NCBI GenBank assembly: GCA_000828975.1
Contig: AP014683.1
Span: 355,520-387,519, forward strand
Source: Burkholderiales bacterium GJ-E10
GTDB taxonomy: Bacteria; Pseudomonadota; Gammaproteobacteria; Burkholderiales; Burkholderiaceae_F
DNA length: 32,000 bases
Direction: 5' to 3'
Positions 20,125-28,660 of the stretch are shown here, piece by piece. The notes under the pieces are model-generated. The model did not search any database and had not been told where the DNA came from. It was given only the letters and a program-made list of their open reading frames with translations. Within the stretch, counting starts at the first letter, position 1, and each line of letters begins with the position of its first letter. A program made the position numbers and the translations under genes.

Positions 20125-22362
20125 ATGTCGAACCTCGCCGCGTTTTTTACCGGGGCCGGCGGCGCCGGACTCACCACCGAGGCGGCAACACCGCCCTCGC
20201 GCTACCGGCTCCTGATCGTCGATGACGAACCCAACGTGTTGCGGGCGCTGGAGCGTGCCTTCCGCCAGGAAAATTACGACATCGTCACGGCGCCGAACGG
20301 CGTCGACGGCTTGCGCATTCTCGGGCAGCACGAAGTCCAGGTGGTGATCTCCGATTACATGATGCCCCGGATGAACGGCGCCGACTTTCTGCGGGAAGTG
20401 AAGGCGGCGTATCCCGACACGATCCGGATCATGCTCACCGGTCACGCCGACAGTGGTGCGGTGATGGGGGCGGTAAAGGATGGCGCGGTCTACAAGTTCA
20501 TTCTCAAGCCCTGGAACGACGACGATCTGCGCCTGAGCGTCGCCCTGGCGATCGAACAATACGAATTGTCGCGGAAGAACCGCGCGCTGCAGCAGGAAAA
20601 TCGCGACAGGGAGCGGGAAATCTCCGCCCTGGCCCGGATGGCCGTCAACAACCGCAGCCAACTCGCGCTCCTGTTGAACAAGAGGGCCTTGCTGACTTCC
20701 CAGCAGGTGCAGGAACTGCACCGCCTCCAGCAGCAGCGCAAGGAGCCCATGATCAAGCTCATCGTCGAGCGGGAATGGGTCGACCAAAACCGGATCTTCG
20801 ACATTCTCCGCAAGGACATGTTGGCGGAGGAGGTCGCATTACCGGAGTTCTCGATCGATCCGGCGGTTGCGGCCCTCGTTCCCCACGCGTTTTGCACCCG
20901 CGAATGGGTCCTGCCGGTTCGGTTGACCGGGCGCAAGCTGCTGCTCGCCATGGCCGATCCTCTCGACGCGGGGCTGCTCTCCGACGTGCGGTTCGTCACC
21001 GGTCTCGAGATCGTGCCGGCGCTCGCGGCGGTGGCGGCGATCCAAGCGAAGATTGCCGAAGTGTATGGCGGCAATGACACCACGGACCTGCGGGAGCTCA
21101 CCTCGGTCGTCGACGTCGCCGACCCGTACGAGGGAATCGAGATCGTCATCGAAGACGACGACGATGTGGCGCTCGAGGAGCTGCTGCGCCAGACCGAGGA
21201 GCCGCCATCGATCCGTCTTGCGAACTCGATCGTGCTCGAGGCGATCCGCCTGAAGGCAAGCGACATCCACATCCAGCCGCGGACCAAGAACGTGGCCGTG
21301 CGCTACCGGATCGACGGCGTGCTGATCGACAAGTTCCAGATTCCGGGCGGCATTCACCAATCGCTGGTGTCGCGCATCAAGGTCATGGCGGAACTCGACA
21401 TCAGCGAACGGCGGCGCCCCCAGGACGGCCGCATCACCGTCAAGACGCCTACGCGCATCGTCGATCTGCGAATCTCGACCTTGCCGACGATCAATGGCGA
21501 AAAGGTGGTCATGCGCATTCTCGACCGCAACTCGGCGGCACTGTCGCTGGAACAACTGGGTTTCCTCGATCGCGATCTGCTGCGGATCCAGCGGATCGCC
21601 GACAAGCCCCAGGGCATCATCCTGGCGACCGGCCCGACGGGAAGCGGCAAGACGACCACGCTCTACAGCCTGCTGCAGCACAGTGCAACACCGGGAAAGA
21701 ACTACATCACGCTGGAAGATCCGGTCGAGTACTACATGGATCAGGCCGGGCAGGTGCTGATCCGGGAACGGATCGGCCTCACGTTTCCGGTCGCGTTGCG
21801 CGCGATCCTGCGCCAGGATCCGGACGTGATCCTCCTCGGGGAGATCCGCGATGCGGAAACCGCGGAGGTCGCATTTCATGCCGCATCGACGGGCCATGTC
21901 GTGTTCTCCACGTTGCATACCAACTCGGCGGCGGCAACCGTTTCGCGCCTTCTCGACTTGGGTTTGAAGCGCGAGATCATCGCCACCACGCTCGAGGGCA
22001 TCATCGCGCAGCGCCTGGCGCGCAAGGTTTGCGCCCACTGTGGAGAGGAGCATGCGCCGGACCGCGCATTGCTTGCGCAATTGGGCCCGCGTTTTGTCCA
22101 GGAGGTGTCGTCGATCCGCCGCGGACGGGGCTGCGGAAAGTGCCACGGCACCGGCTATCTCGGCCGTGTCGGTCTTTACGAGGTGCTGTCCCCCGACGAC
22201 ACGCTGCGCCAGCAGATCGCCGCCGGCGTGAGCGTTCTCGAGATGGCGCACAGCGCCCGCGAGCGGGGGTTTGCATCCCTGATCGACGACGCACTCGAGA
22301 AGATCAAGGCCGGAATGACCAATCCCGAGGAAATCTTCCGGGTGCTCGGTCCGCAGAACTGA
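20125..22362 (+). CDS. Receiver domain fused to GspE/PilB-type secretion/pilus ATPase
   Basis: N-terminal REC (LLIVDDEPNVLRALERAF, VVISDYMMPRMNG, KFILKPWNDDDLR). Central T2SSE_N-like region (LTSQQVQELHRLQ...). ATPase with Walker A GPTGSGKTTTLYS, Walker B LLGEIRDAETA, STGHVVFSTLHTN, and Cys pairs CAHC/CGKC. Confidence 0.93.
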   Translation: MSNLAAFFTGAGGAGLTTEAATPPSRYRLLIVDDEPNVLRALERAFRQENYDIVTAPNGVDGLRILGQHEVQVVISDYMMPRMNGADFLREVKAAYPDTIRIMLTGHADSGAVMGAVKDGAVYKFILKPWNDDDLRLSVALAIEQYELSRKNRALQQENRDREREISALARMAVNNRSQLALLLNKRALLTSQQVQELHRLQQQRKEPMIKLIVEREWVDQNRIFDILRKDMLAEEVALPEFSIDPAVAALVPHAFCTREWVLPVRLTGRKLLLAMADPLDAGLLSDVRFVTGLEIVPALAAVAAIQAKIAEVYGGNDTTDLRELTSVVDVADPYEGIEIVIEDDDDVALEELLRQTEEPPSIRLANSIVLEAIRLKASDIHIQPRTKNVAVRYRIDGVLIDKFQIPGGIHQSLVSRIKVMAELDISERRRPQDGRITVKTPTRIVDLRISTLPTINGEKVVMRILDRNSAALSLEQLGFLDRDLLRIQRIADKPQGIILATGPTGSGKTTTLYSLLQHSATPGKNYITLEDPVEYYMDQAGQVLIRERIGLTFPVALRAILRQDPDVILLGEIRDAETAEVAFHAASTGHVVFSTLHTNSAAATVSRLLDLGLKREIIATTLEGIIAQRLARKVCAHCGEEHAPDRALLAQLGPRFVQEVSSIRRGRGCGKCHGTGYLGRVGLYEVLSPDDTLRQQIAAGVSVLEMAHSARERGFASLIDDALEKIKAGMTNPEEIFRVLGPQN

Positions 22363-22446
22363 CGACGAACGTCCAAGCGCGCCGAGACCGGATCCCGCAC
22401 GCGGCCCCGCCTTGGCGCACCGCTCGCGTTCGTGGCGGGGAAGCCC

Positions 22447-23796
22447 TCAGGAATGGAGCGGATCGATCCGGATCTGCAGTCGGATCGGTTGCCCGGTCCG
22501 GATCTCGAATTGCCGGATCCGCCGGATGAGCGGCTCCGTCAATGCATGTCCGGCAACGAGCAGCAGCACGCCTTGGGGCGACAGGAAGTCTGCCGCCAGG
22601 ACCATTCCAGGTGCCAGCTCGCCGGTCGCCATCGGTACGGCCGTTCCCGAAACCGGTGCCTGGCGATGTTCCGACAGCCGGATCTGCAGGAACACGTCCA
22701 CAACCTCGGGGTCGAACTGGGTGCCGCGCCCCTGCCGCAGCAGGATCTGCGCCTCGTCCTCGTTCGGCATCGCGCCGCCCAGATGTCCTTCCTGCAGTTC
22801 GTCGAAGGCATCGGCGACGGCGAGAATGCGCGCGCTCCGACTGATCTCGATCCCGACCTTCCGATCCGGGTAGCCCAGGCCGTCGAAGCGCTCATGGTGT
22901 TCGTGGATGATCGCCGCGACCCCATGGAGATCTTCCAGCGGCATGAGCAAGTGCTCTCCCAGTACGGGATGCTGCTGGTATTGGGCGAGTTCCTCGGGTT
23001 CCATCCGCGCGACCGGCTTCGCCAGCATTGCGTCGGGCAGGCCGATGTGCCCGATGTCATGCAGCAATGCGGCGACGAAGAGATCCTGCTTCTCCGATTC
23101 GTCCAGGCCCATCGCCTGCGCGATCGACCGGGCCGCGGCGGCAACCCGGCGGCCGTGGCCTCCCAGCCGTCCGCCGCGCAACTCCAGGACGTTGGAAAAC
23201 ACCTTGATCGAGGTGAGAAAGGTGGATTTCAGCTTCCGGTTGGCCTGTGCCAGTTCCTGCGTCCGCTCCTGCACCCGTTCTTCGAGATGTTCGTTGAGCG
23301 CCCGCAACGCGAGATTCTGCTGCTGCGTGAGGGCCTCCAGCCGATCCTTGTCGCGTTGCAGCTCGACGCGTTCCAGGCCCTGATGGACCGCCGCGCGCAG
23401 TTCCGATTCGTCCCAGGGCTTGTTGAAGTAGCGGTGGATCCGGCCCCGGTTGACGGCGGCGATCGCCGCGCTCATGTCCGCATGCCCGGTGAGCAGGATG
23501 CGGATCGTATCGGGCCAGGAAGCCTGGACCTGTTCGAGAAACTGCGCCCCGTCCATCCCGGGCATCCGCATGTCGGAAATCACCACGTCGATCGGCGTTT
23601 CCCGCAGCATGGCGAGCCCCTCGGGTCCGCTTCCCGCGGTGAGGATGCACAGATCCGGCGCCCGGAGGGCGCGCCGCAGGGACGCGAGAATGTTGGGCTC
23701 GTCATCGACGCAGAGCACGGTCGGCGGGGGCGCCTTCTGCACGGCGATCGCAAGGCCTTGCGGCGCGTCGGTGGAATCCGGGATCGGTACGGTCAT
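22447..23796 (-). CDS. RpfG-like response regulator with HD-GYP domain
   Basis: REC: VLCVDDEPNILASLRRAL, DVVISDMRMPGMDG, YFNKPWDESELR. HD-GYP: ALLHDIGHIGLPD, HHERFDGLGYPD, ILAVADAFD. Confidence 0.93.
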   Translation of the reverse strand: MTVPIPDSTDAPQGLAIAVQKAPPPTVLCVDDEPNILASLRRALRAPDLCILTAGSGPEGLAMLRETPIDVVISDMRMPGMDGAQFLEQVQASWPDTIRILLTGHADMSAAIAAVNRGRIHRYFNKPWDESELRAAVHQGLERVELQRDKDRLEALTQQQNLALRALNEHLEERVQERTQELAQANRKLKSTFLTSIKVFSNVLELRGGRLGGHGRRVAAAARSIAQAMGLDESEKQDLFVAALLHDIGHIGLPDAMLAKPVARMEPEELAQYQQHPVLGEHLLMPLEDLHGVAAIIHEHHERFDGLGYPDRKVGIEISRSARILAVADAFDELQEGHLGGAMPNEDEAQILLRQGRGTQFDPEVVDVFLQIRLSEHRQAPVSGTAVPMATGELAPGMVLAADFLSPQGVLLLVAGHALTEPLIRRIRQFEIRTGQPIRLQIRIDPLHS

Positions 23797-23811
23797 GGGC
23801 GGTTCCTTGCT

Positions 23812-24756
23812 CTATGCGGCTGGCGGCTCGGGCTGCCGTACCGGCAGGCGGACGACGAAGCGCGTCCCCCTTCCGGGTTGGCTATGCACCGCGATGTCGC
23901 CGTGGTGTTTCCGCACGATGCCGTAGGAAAGCGACAGCCCTAGTCCGGTTCCTTGTCCGATCGGCTTGGTCGTGAAGAACGGGTCGAAAATGCGCGCGGC
24001 GTTTTCGGGCGGAATGCCGCAACCATCGTCGGCGACCTCGATCCGGACCTGGCCATCGGATTCGTCGTATGCGGTACGGATGGTGATGGTACCGCGGCGA
24101 TTTCCATCCATCGCCTGGGCGGCATTGACGAGCAGGTTCATGATGATCTGGTTGATTTCGGATGGCAGGCATTCCACGTCCGGAAGATCGCCGTATTCCC
24201 GGACGACGTCGGCCTTGTACTTGATCTCGTTGTTGACGATGTTGAGCGTCGATTCGATGCCGCGATGAAGGTCCGCATGCTCCCACTCCTGGCGGGCGTC
24301 GACGCGCGAAAAGTCCTTGAGATCCTGCACGATCTTGCGCACGCGTTCGATCCCTTCCCGCGACTCCGCCATCAGGGTGGGAATGTCTTCCTTGAGAAAA
24401 TCGAGTTCGATCTCCTCGCGCAGTTGCCGCAGTTGCATTCGGGCCATGGGGTCGGCCACCAGCGATTCCGCCCGTTCGTAGGCATCCAGCATGCGGAAGA
24501 GCTGCATGACGTATTTTTCGAGACTGCCGAAGTTGCAGAACACATATCCGACCGGATTGTTGATCTCGTGCGCAACGCCCGCGGCAAGCTGGCCGATCGA
24601 GGCCAGCTTCTCCGACTGCATCAGCATGTTGCGGGTCTGCGAGAGTTTCCGGTTCGCCTCCTTCAGTTCCTCGTTGGCGCGGATGAGATTGCGGATCTGA
24701 TCGGCGTCGCGCGTGGCCTCGGCGGGAACGGGAGTGCGCGAATCATCGGAGTCCAT
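23812..24756 (-). CDS. Soluble sensor histidine kinase
   Basis: MDSDDSRTPVPAEATRDADQIRN... with SEKLASIGQLAAGVAHEINNPVGYV, NQIIMNLLVNAAQAM, ADDGCGIPPENAARIFDPFFTTKPIGQGTGLGLSLSYG. The 25164 start in the ORF track is probably too long because it overlaps the HDOD gene. Confidence 0.88.
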   Translation of the reverse strand: MDSDDSRTPVPAEATRDADQIRNLIRANEELKEANRKLSQTRNMLMQSEKLASIGQLAAGVAHEINNPVGYVFCNFGSLEKYVMQLFRMLDAYERAESLVADPMARMQLRQLREEIELDFLKEDIPTLMAESREGIERVRKIVQDLKDFSRVDARQEWEHADLHRGIESTLNIVNNEIKYKADVVREYGDLPDVECLPSEINQIIMNLLVNAAQAMDGNRRGTITIRTAYDESDGQVRIEVADDGCGIPPENAARIFDPFFTTKPIGQGTGLGLSLSYGIVRKHHGDIAVHSQPGRGTRFVVRLPVRQPEPPAA

Positions 24757-25639
24757 GCCGTATCTCCCGGAACGCGGTTTCGACGCGATGGAAAAGGCGC
24801 AGAGGCGCTTCGGTCGACCATTGCAGCCGATCCCACGATGCACGCTGCATGGGCGGTACCAGGTCGTCGCCGGCGGCATGGAGGTCGAGTGCATGGGCGA
24901 TGCCGTCGGCGTTGTGAACCAGGTCGGCAAGCGAGGCACGGCCGGGCCGCCTGGACGAGGTCCCGGCGACCGCATCGGAATCCTCGTCCTCCCCGGACAG
25001 ATGACCGGGGTTGTGGTGCCATGCGATCGCATCGATGACCGCTTCGGTGAAGTGCCAGTGGGCGGCGATCCAGGCGCCGACCTGGCAGTGATCGATCCCC
25101 AATGCCGCACGTTCGGCTTCGAGCCGGGGAAGGTCGCGATCCCGCGCGTCGCGCACCACGGCACCGTATTCCTGCGGAAAGTGGGAGGCGAGGGCGAGCG
25201 AACCCAGATCGTGGATCAAGCCCGCGGTGAAGGCTTCGTGCATCGCATGGCCCGACTCCCGCGCGAGTTCCTGCGCGGCGATCGCAGTCGCCAGGGAGTG
25301 CTCCCAATATTTCGGAAAGTCGAAGGTCGGGCAGCCGGGGCCGTGTAATCGCTGTGCCAAGGACTCCTGCATCACGATGGTTTCGACGGTGCGCAGTCCG
25401 ATGAGGCGGATCGCGTCTCCCACCGTGGAGATCGATCCCGACATGCCGTAAAACGACGAGTTCGCAACCCGCAGGATCCGCGCCGTGATGGCCGGATCGA
25501 TGTCGATTTTGCGCGCGAGATCGTCGAACCCGATGTCGTCATCACGGAATGCGGCCATCAACTCGTGCGCTGCCGCGGGAAGCATCGGCAGCGCCTGGAC
25601 GCGGTCGCGGACCTGCTCGGCATCGATGCGCGCCATCAT
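24743..25639 (-). CDS. HDOD domain signalling protein
   Basis: MMARIDAEQVRDRVQALPMLPAAAHELMAAFRDDD...DPAITARILRVANSSFYG...VGDAIRLIGLRTVETIVMQ...AGLIHDLGSLALASHFP. The 25918 start in the ORF track is upstream of the likely ATG at 25639. Confidence 0.87.
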   Translation of the reverse strand: MMARIDAEQVRDRVQALPMLPAAAHELMAAFRDDDIGFDDLARKIDIDPAITARILRVANSSFYGMSGSISTVGDAIRLIGLRTVETIVMQESLAQRLHGPGCPTFDFPKYWEHSLATAIAAQELARESGHAMHEAFTAGLIHDLGSLALASHFPQEYGAVVRDARDRDLPRLEAERAALGIDHCQVGAWIAAHWHFTEAVIDAIAWHHNPGHLSGEDEDSDAVAGTSSRRPGRASLADLVHNADGIAHALDLHAAGDDLVPPMQRASWDRLQWSTEAPLRLFHRVETAFREIRHGLR

Positions 25640-25812
25640 GACGGGGGCTCCGTGCGGTAGCGCCGCATCAGATGCATGAGCGGATGCACCCGGCCTTCGC
25701 GCAGCCAGACGCGGAACAGGATGTCGAGCCGGCGGAGTTCCACCGATGACGAGGCGGGCGCCGTCGGGTCCGGCGGCACCGCTTCGTTCCGGGGGGATCG
25801 AGGATCGGTCAT
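25636..25812 (-). CDS. Small 58-aa ORF translationally coupled between the EAL-REC and HDOD genes
   Basis: MTDPRSPRNEAVPPDPTAPASSSVELRRLDILFRVWLREGRVHPLMHLMRRYRTEPPS. ATGA overlap with the upstream gene, and TGA/ATG overlap with the downstream HDOD gene. Confidence 0.5.
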   Translation of the reverse strand: MTDPRSPRNEAVPPDPTAPASSSVELRRLDILFRVWLREGRVHPLMHLMRRYRTEPPS

Positions 25813-28451
25813 GAGTCGGCTCCTGCCGCAAGGGGCGCCGCAAACGGTTCGGAAGGGAACAAGATGAGCAGATTCTCCAGGGCGTTGTCCGCCGCCGCCA
25901 GCGTACGCCGGAATGCAAGGTACCGGCGACTCCCGATTTCGAGCCGGGTCGCCGTCGAATCCGGTTTGCGGAGGACTTCCGTGAGCGGGCCCGGCAACAT
26001 CGCCGCCGAACCGCCGATGACCGCCGGGATGGCCGGATCGAACCGCGCCGGATCCCCTTGCACGAATACGATCAAGCCCTCGGCATCCACTCCGATGATC
26101 ACCGCGGGAAGGCTGTCGAGGATCCGGCGCACGCCGTTGGCCGCGCGTGCCAGGACGCGTGCATGGTCGCTGTGGCGGGACACCGCCTCCTGCAGGCGTG
26201 CGTTCATCTGCTCGAGATCGGCCTTTGCCGCTTCGACTTCCCGCGCCAGGCGGCGGTTTTCGTCGGCCAATTCCTTTTTGCGGAACGCATCCGCGATCCG
26301 GTTGCGCAGTTTCTCGTCATCCCAGGGCTTGGTGAGGAACTGGTAGATCGCGCCTTCGTTGACGGCATCGATGATCGACTGCAGATCGGTGAATCCCGAC
26401 AGCACCATGCGAACGGTGTCGGGTACCAGCTCTTTGGCGCGGCGCAGGAATTCGACACCGGTCATGCCGGGCATGCGCTGGTCGGAGAGGATCACGTCGA
26501 CATGGGTTTCGGCGAGGAGCTTGAGCCCTTCGGCAGCGCTGTGGGCGAGGAGGATCCGATACCCTTCCCGGCGCAGGAGGCGGCGCAGCGAGGAAAGGAT
26601 GTTTTCCTCGTCGTCGACCAGCAGCAGAGTCCGCTGTGTTCCGGCGCCGCGCAGGAACTGCGCCGGCAGCCGTCGGTCCTCGCGCAGCATGGCCGTGATC
26701 TCGTCCGCCTCCACCGCTTTGCTGAAGTAGTGCCCCTGGACGAGATCGCACCCGTTGGTCGACAAGGTCTGGAGTTGATCCTCCGTCTCCACGCCTTCGG
26801 CGAGCACCCGAAGCTGGAGGCTGTGCGACATGGCGATGATGGCGCGGGTGACCGAGGCGGTTTCCGGCGATAGCAGCACGTCGGGGATGAGCGAGCGGTC
26901 GACCTTCACGACGTCGACGGGCAGTCGATGGAGCCGGCTGAGGCTTGCGTGGCCGGTGCCGAAATCGTCGAGCGCGATTTCGAACCCGATCGCCTTCAGG
27001 TCGCGCAGGACCGCGGCCGCCTGCTGCGCGTCGTCGAGGAGCGCCGTTTCGGGCACTTCCAGTCCCAGCCAGGACGGATCGCAGTGGCAGTCGAGCACGA
27101 TCCGCTGCACCCAGGCGGAAAAGTTCGGCTGCTGGAGATGGCCCCGGGACAGGTTGACCGTGATCCGCGGCGCGTGCAGGCCGGCGGCGCGCCACGCGAG
27201 CGCCTGCCGGCAGGCTTCCCGGAGCACCCAGCCGCTTACGGCGAGGATCATGTCGCTGCGTTCCGACAGGGGAATGAACTCGGCGGGCGGCACCTCGCCC
27301 AGCGCCGGGGAGCGCCAGCGCAGCAGGGCCTCGACGGACGCGATTTCCCCGTTCGTCAGGTTCATGACCGGCTGGTACGCAAGCGAGAGTTCACCGGCGG
27401 TGATCGCTCCGGGCAGCGCGGACTCGATTCGCAGGGAGCGGATGACGTCCGGGTCGGCCTCGCCCGCGAAGGCAATGGTTCCGGGGGCTGCGCCCGACGC
27501 GGTCGACTCGGCGCGATCGATGAGGTTGGCCGGGTCGTCGGCGTCGCCGGGGAATCCCGCAATGCCGATCGCGCATTGCGGGAATCGTTCCGACGCACCG
27601 ATCCGCGCCGGGCGGTTGACGGCGGCCCGCAACTGGCGCGCCCGGGCCACCAGCGTTTCCGGCGTCTGGCGTTGGCCCGGGTCGGGGAGCACGGCGAATC
27701 CGGCTTCGCCGATGCGTGCGAGGAGATCTCCGGGGCCGCACTGTTCCCCCAGCCGGGATGCGATCGTCATGGCGAGGCTGTTCGACGCGCCCGATCCGGC
27801 GGCGATTCCCAGGTCCGCCGCGATCGTCGGCACCTGGATGGCGATCAGCGCGAGCGGAATCGTGCCCGATGCGGGGGCTGCGCCCCGGCTTCGGAGCGCA
27901 GCGGTTTCCAGATCGACCTCCTCGCGCAGCGATGCGCGATTGGGCAGCCCGGTGACTTCATCGCGATCGGTGAGCTCCTTGATGCGCCGCTCCGCCTCGA
28001 CGTGCAGGGTGATGTCCTGGAGCAGGCCGACGCCATGGAGATCACCGCTGTCGAAGCGTTCGAGAATGCCGCGATGGCGGACGATCAGGGTCCTGCCGTC
28101 GCCGTGGACGGCGCGGTGGCGGAATTCGAAGGGTTGCCCGGGGGTCGCCATCCGCCAGAACGCCGTCACGTACGCCTGGTCGGAGGCGGGGATCCAGGGG
28201 CAGGTGTCGAGCGGGAAGCAGCAAGGGTCGGGCGACCCGCCGAGCATCGCGCTGAGCGCCGGCGATGCCGTGAGCGTACCGGCCGGAAACGCAACCTCGA
28301 ACAGGCCTACGCCGCCCAGGGACTCCAGCCAGGTGAGCTTGCGGGTGTTGTCCGCCTTTTGACGCGCGAACCGCTCGGGGTCGGGATGATCGCGCACCGT
28401 GGTCGGCTCCGTCGCCGCATCGGCGGAAGGACGGTTCGAGCAAGGCTGCAT
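25809..28451 (-). CDS. PAS, degenerate GGDEF, EAL, REC multidomain c-di-GMP signalling protein
   Basis: DEVTGLPNRASLREE with LARIGEAGFAVLPD in place of GGDEF. EAL: SVEALLRWRSP, ITVNLSRGHL, LDDFGTGHASLSRLHRLPVDVVKVDRSL, VLAEGVETEDQ. Then REC: TLLLVDDEENILSSLRRLL, DVILSDQRMPGMTG, FLTKPWDDEKLR. Confidence 0.9.
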   Translation of the reverse strand: MQPCSNRPSADAATEPTTVRDHPDPERFARQKADNTRKLTWLESLGGVGLFEVAFPAGTLTASPALSAMLGGSPDPCCFPLDTCPWIPASDQAYVTAFWRMATPGQPFEFRHRAVHGDGRTLIVRHRGILERFDSGDLHGVGLLQDITLHVEAERRIKELTDRDEVTGLPNRASLREEVDLETAALRSRGAAPASGTIPLALIAIQVPTIAADLGIAAGSGASNSLAMTIASRLGEQCGPGDLLARIGEAGFAVLPDPGQRQTPETLVARARQLRAAVNRPARIGASERFPQCAIGIAGFPGDADDPANLIDRAESTASGAAPGTIAFAGEADPDVIRSLRIESALPGAITAGELSLAYQPVMNLTNGEIASVEALLRWRSPALGEVPPAEFIPLSERSDMILAVSGWVLREACRQALAWRAAGLHAPRITVNLSRGHLQQPNFSAWVQRIVLDCHCDPSWLGLEVPETALLDDAQQAAAVLRDLKAIGFEIALDDFGTGHASLSRLHRLPVDVVKVDRSLIPDVLLSPETASVTRAIIAMSHSLQLRVLAEGVETEDQLQTLSTNGCDLVQGHYFSKAVEADEITAMLREDRRLPAQFLRGAGTQRTLLLVDDEENILSSLRRLLRREGYRILLAHSAAEGLKLLAETHVDVILSDQRMPGMTGVEFLRRAKELVPDTVRMVLSGFTDLQSIIDAVNEGAIYQFLTKPWDDEKLRNRIADAFRKKELADENRRLAREVEAAKADLEQMNARLQEAVSRHSDHARVLARAANGVRRILDSLPAVIIGVDAEGLIVFVQGDPARFDPAIPAVIGGSAAMLPGPLTEVLRKPDSTATRLEIGSRRYLAFRRTLAAADNALENLLILFPSEPFAAPLAAGADS

Positions 28452-28660
28452 GGCGGATCTGCCGGTTCGATGCGCTCACGACCCCAACGGGTCCATGGTC
28501 CGGAACGGAACGTGTGGACCGCATCGCGTCTGGGCGGCCCGCACGGCTCACCCAGACTATGGGACGGGATCGCCGCTGCCGATCGGCAAATAAGATGCGG
28601 CGAACGCCGGATACTCGCCGGATCCAGACGATCCTCCGGGAAGCGGTTTCGCGATCCGGT

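Noticed and set aside
22432-23943. 503-aa plus-strand ORF
   Set aside because: Antisense to the HD-GYP response regulator gene.
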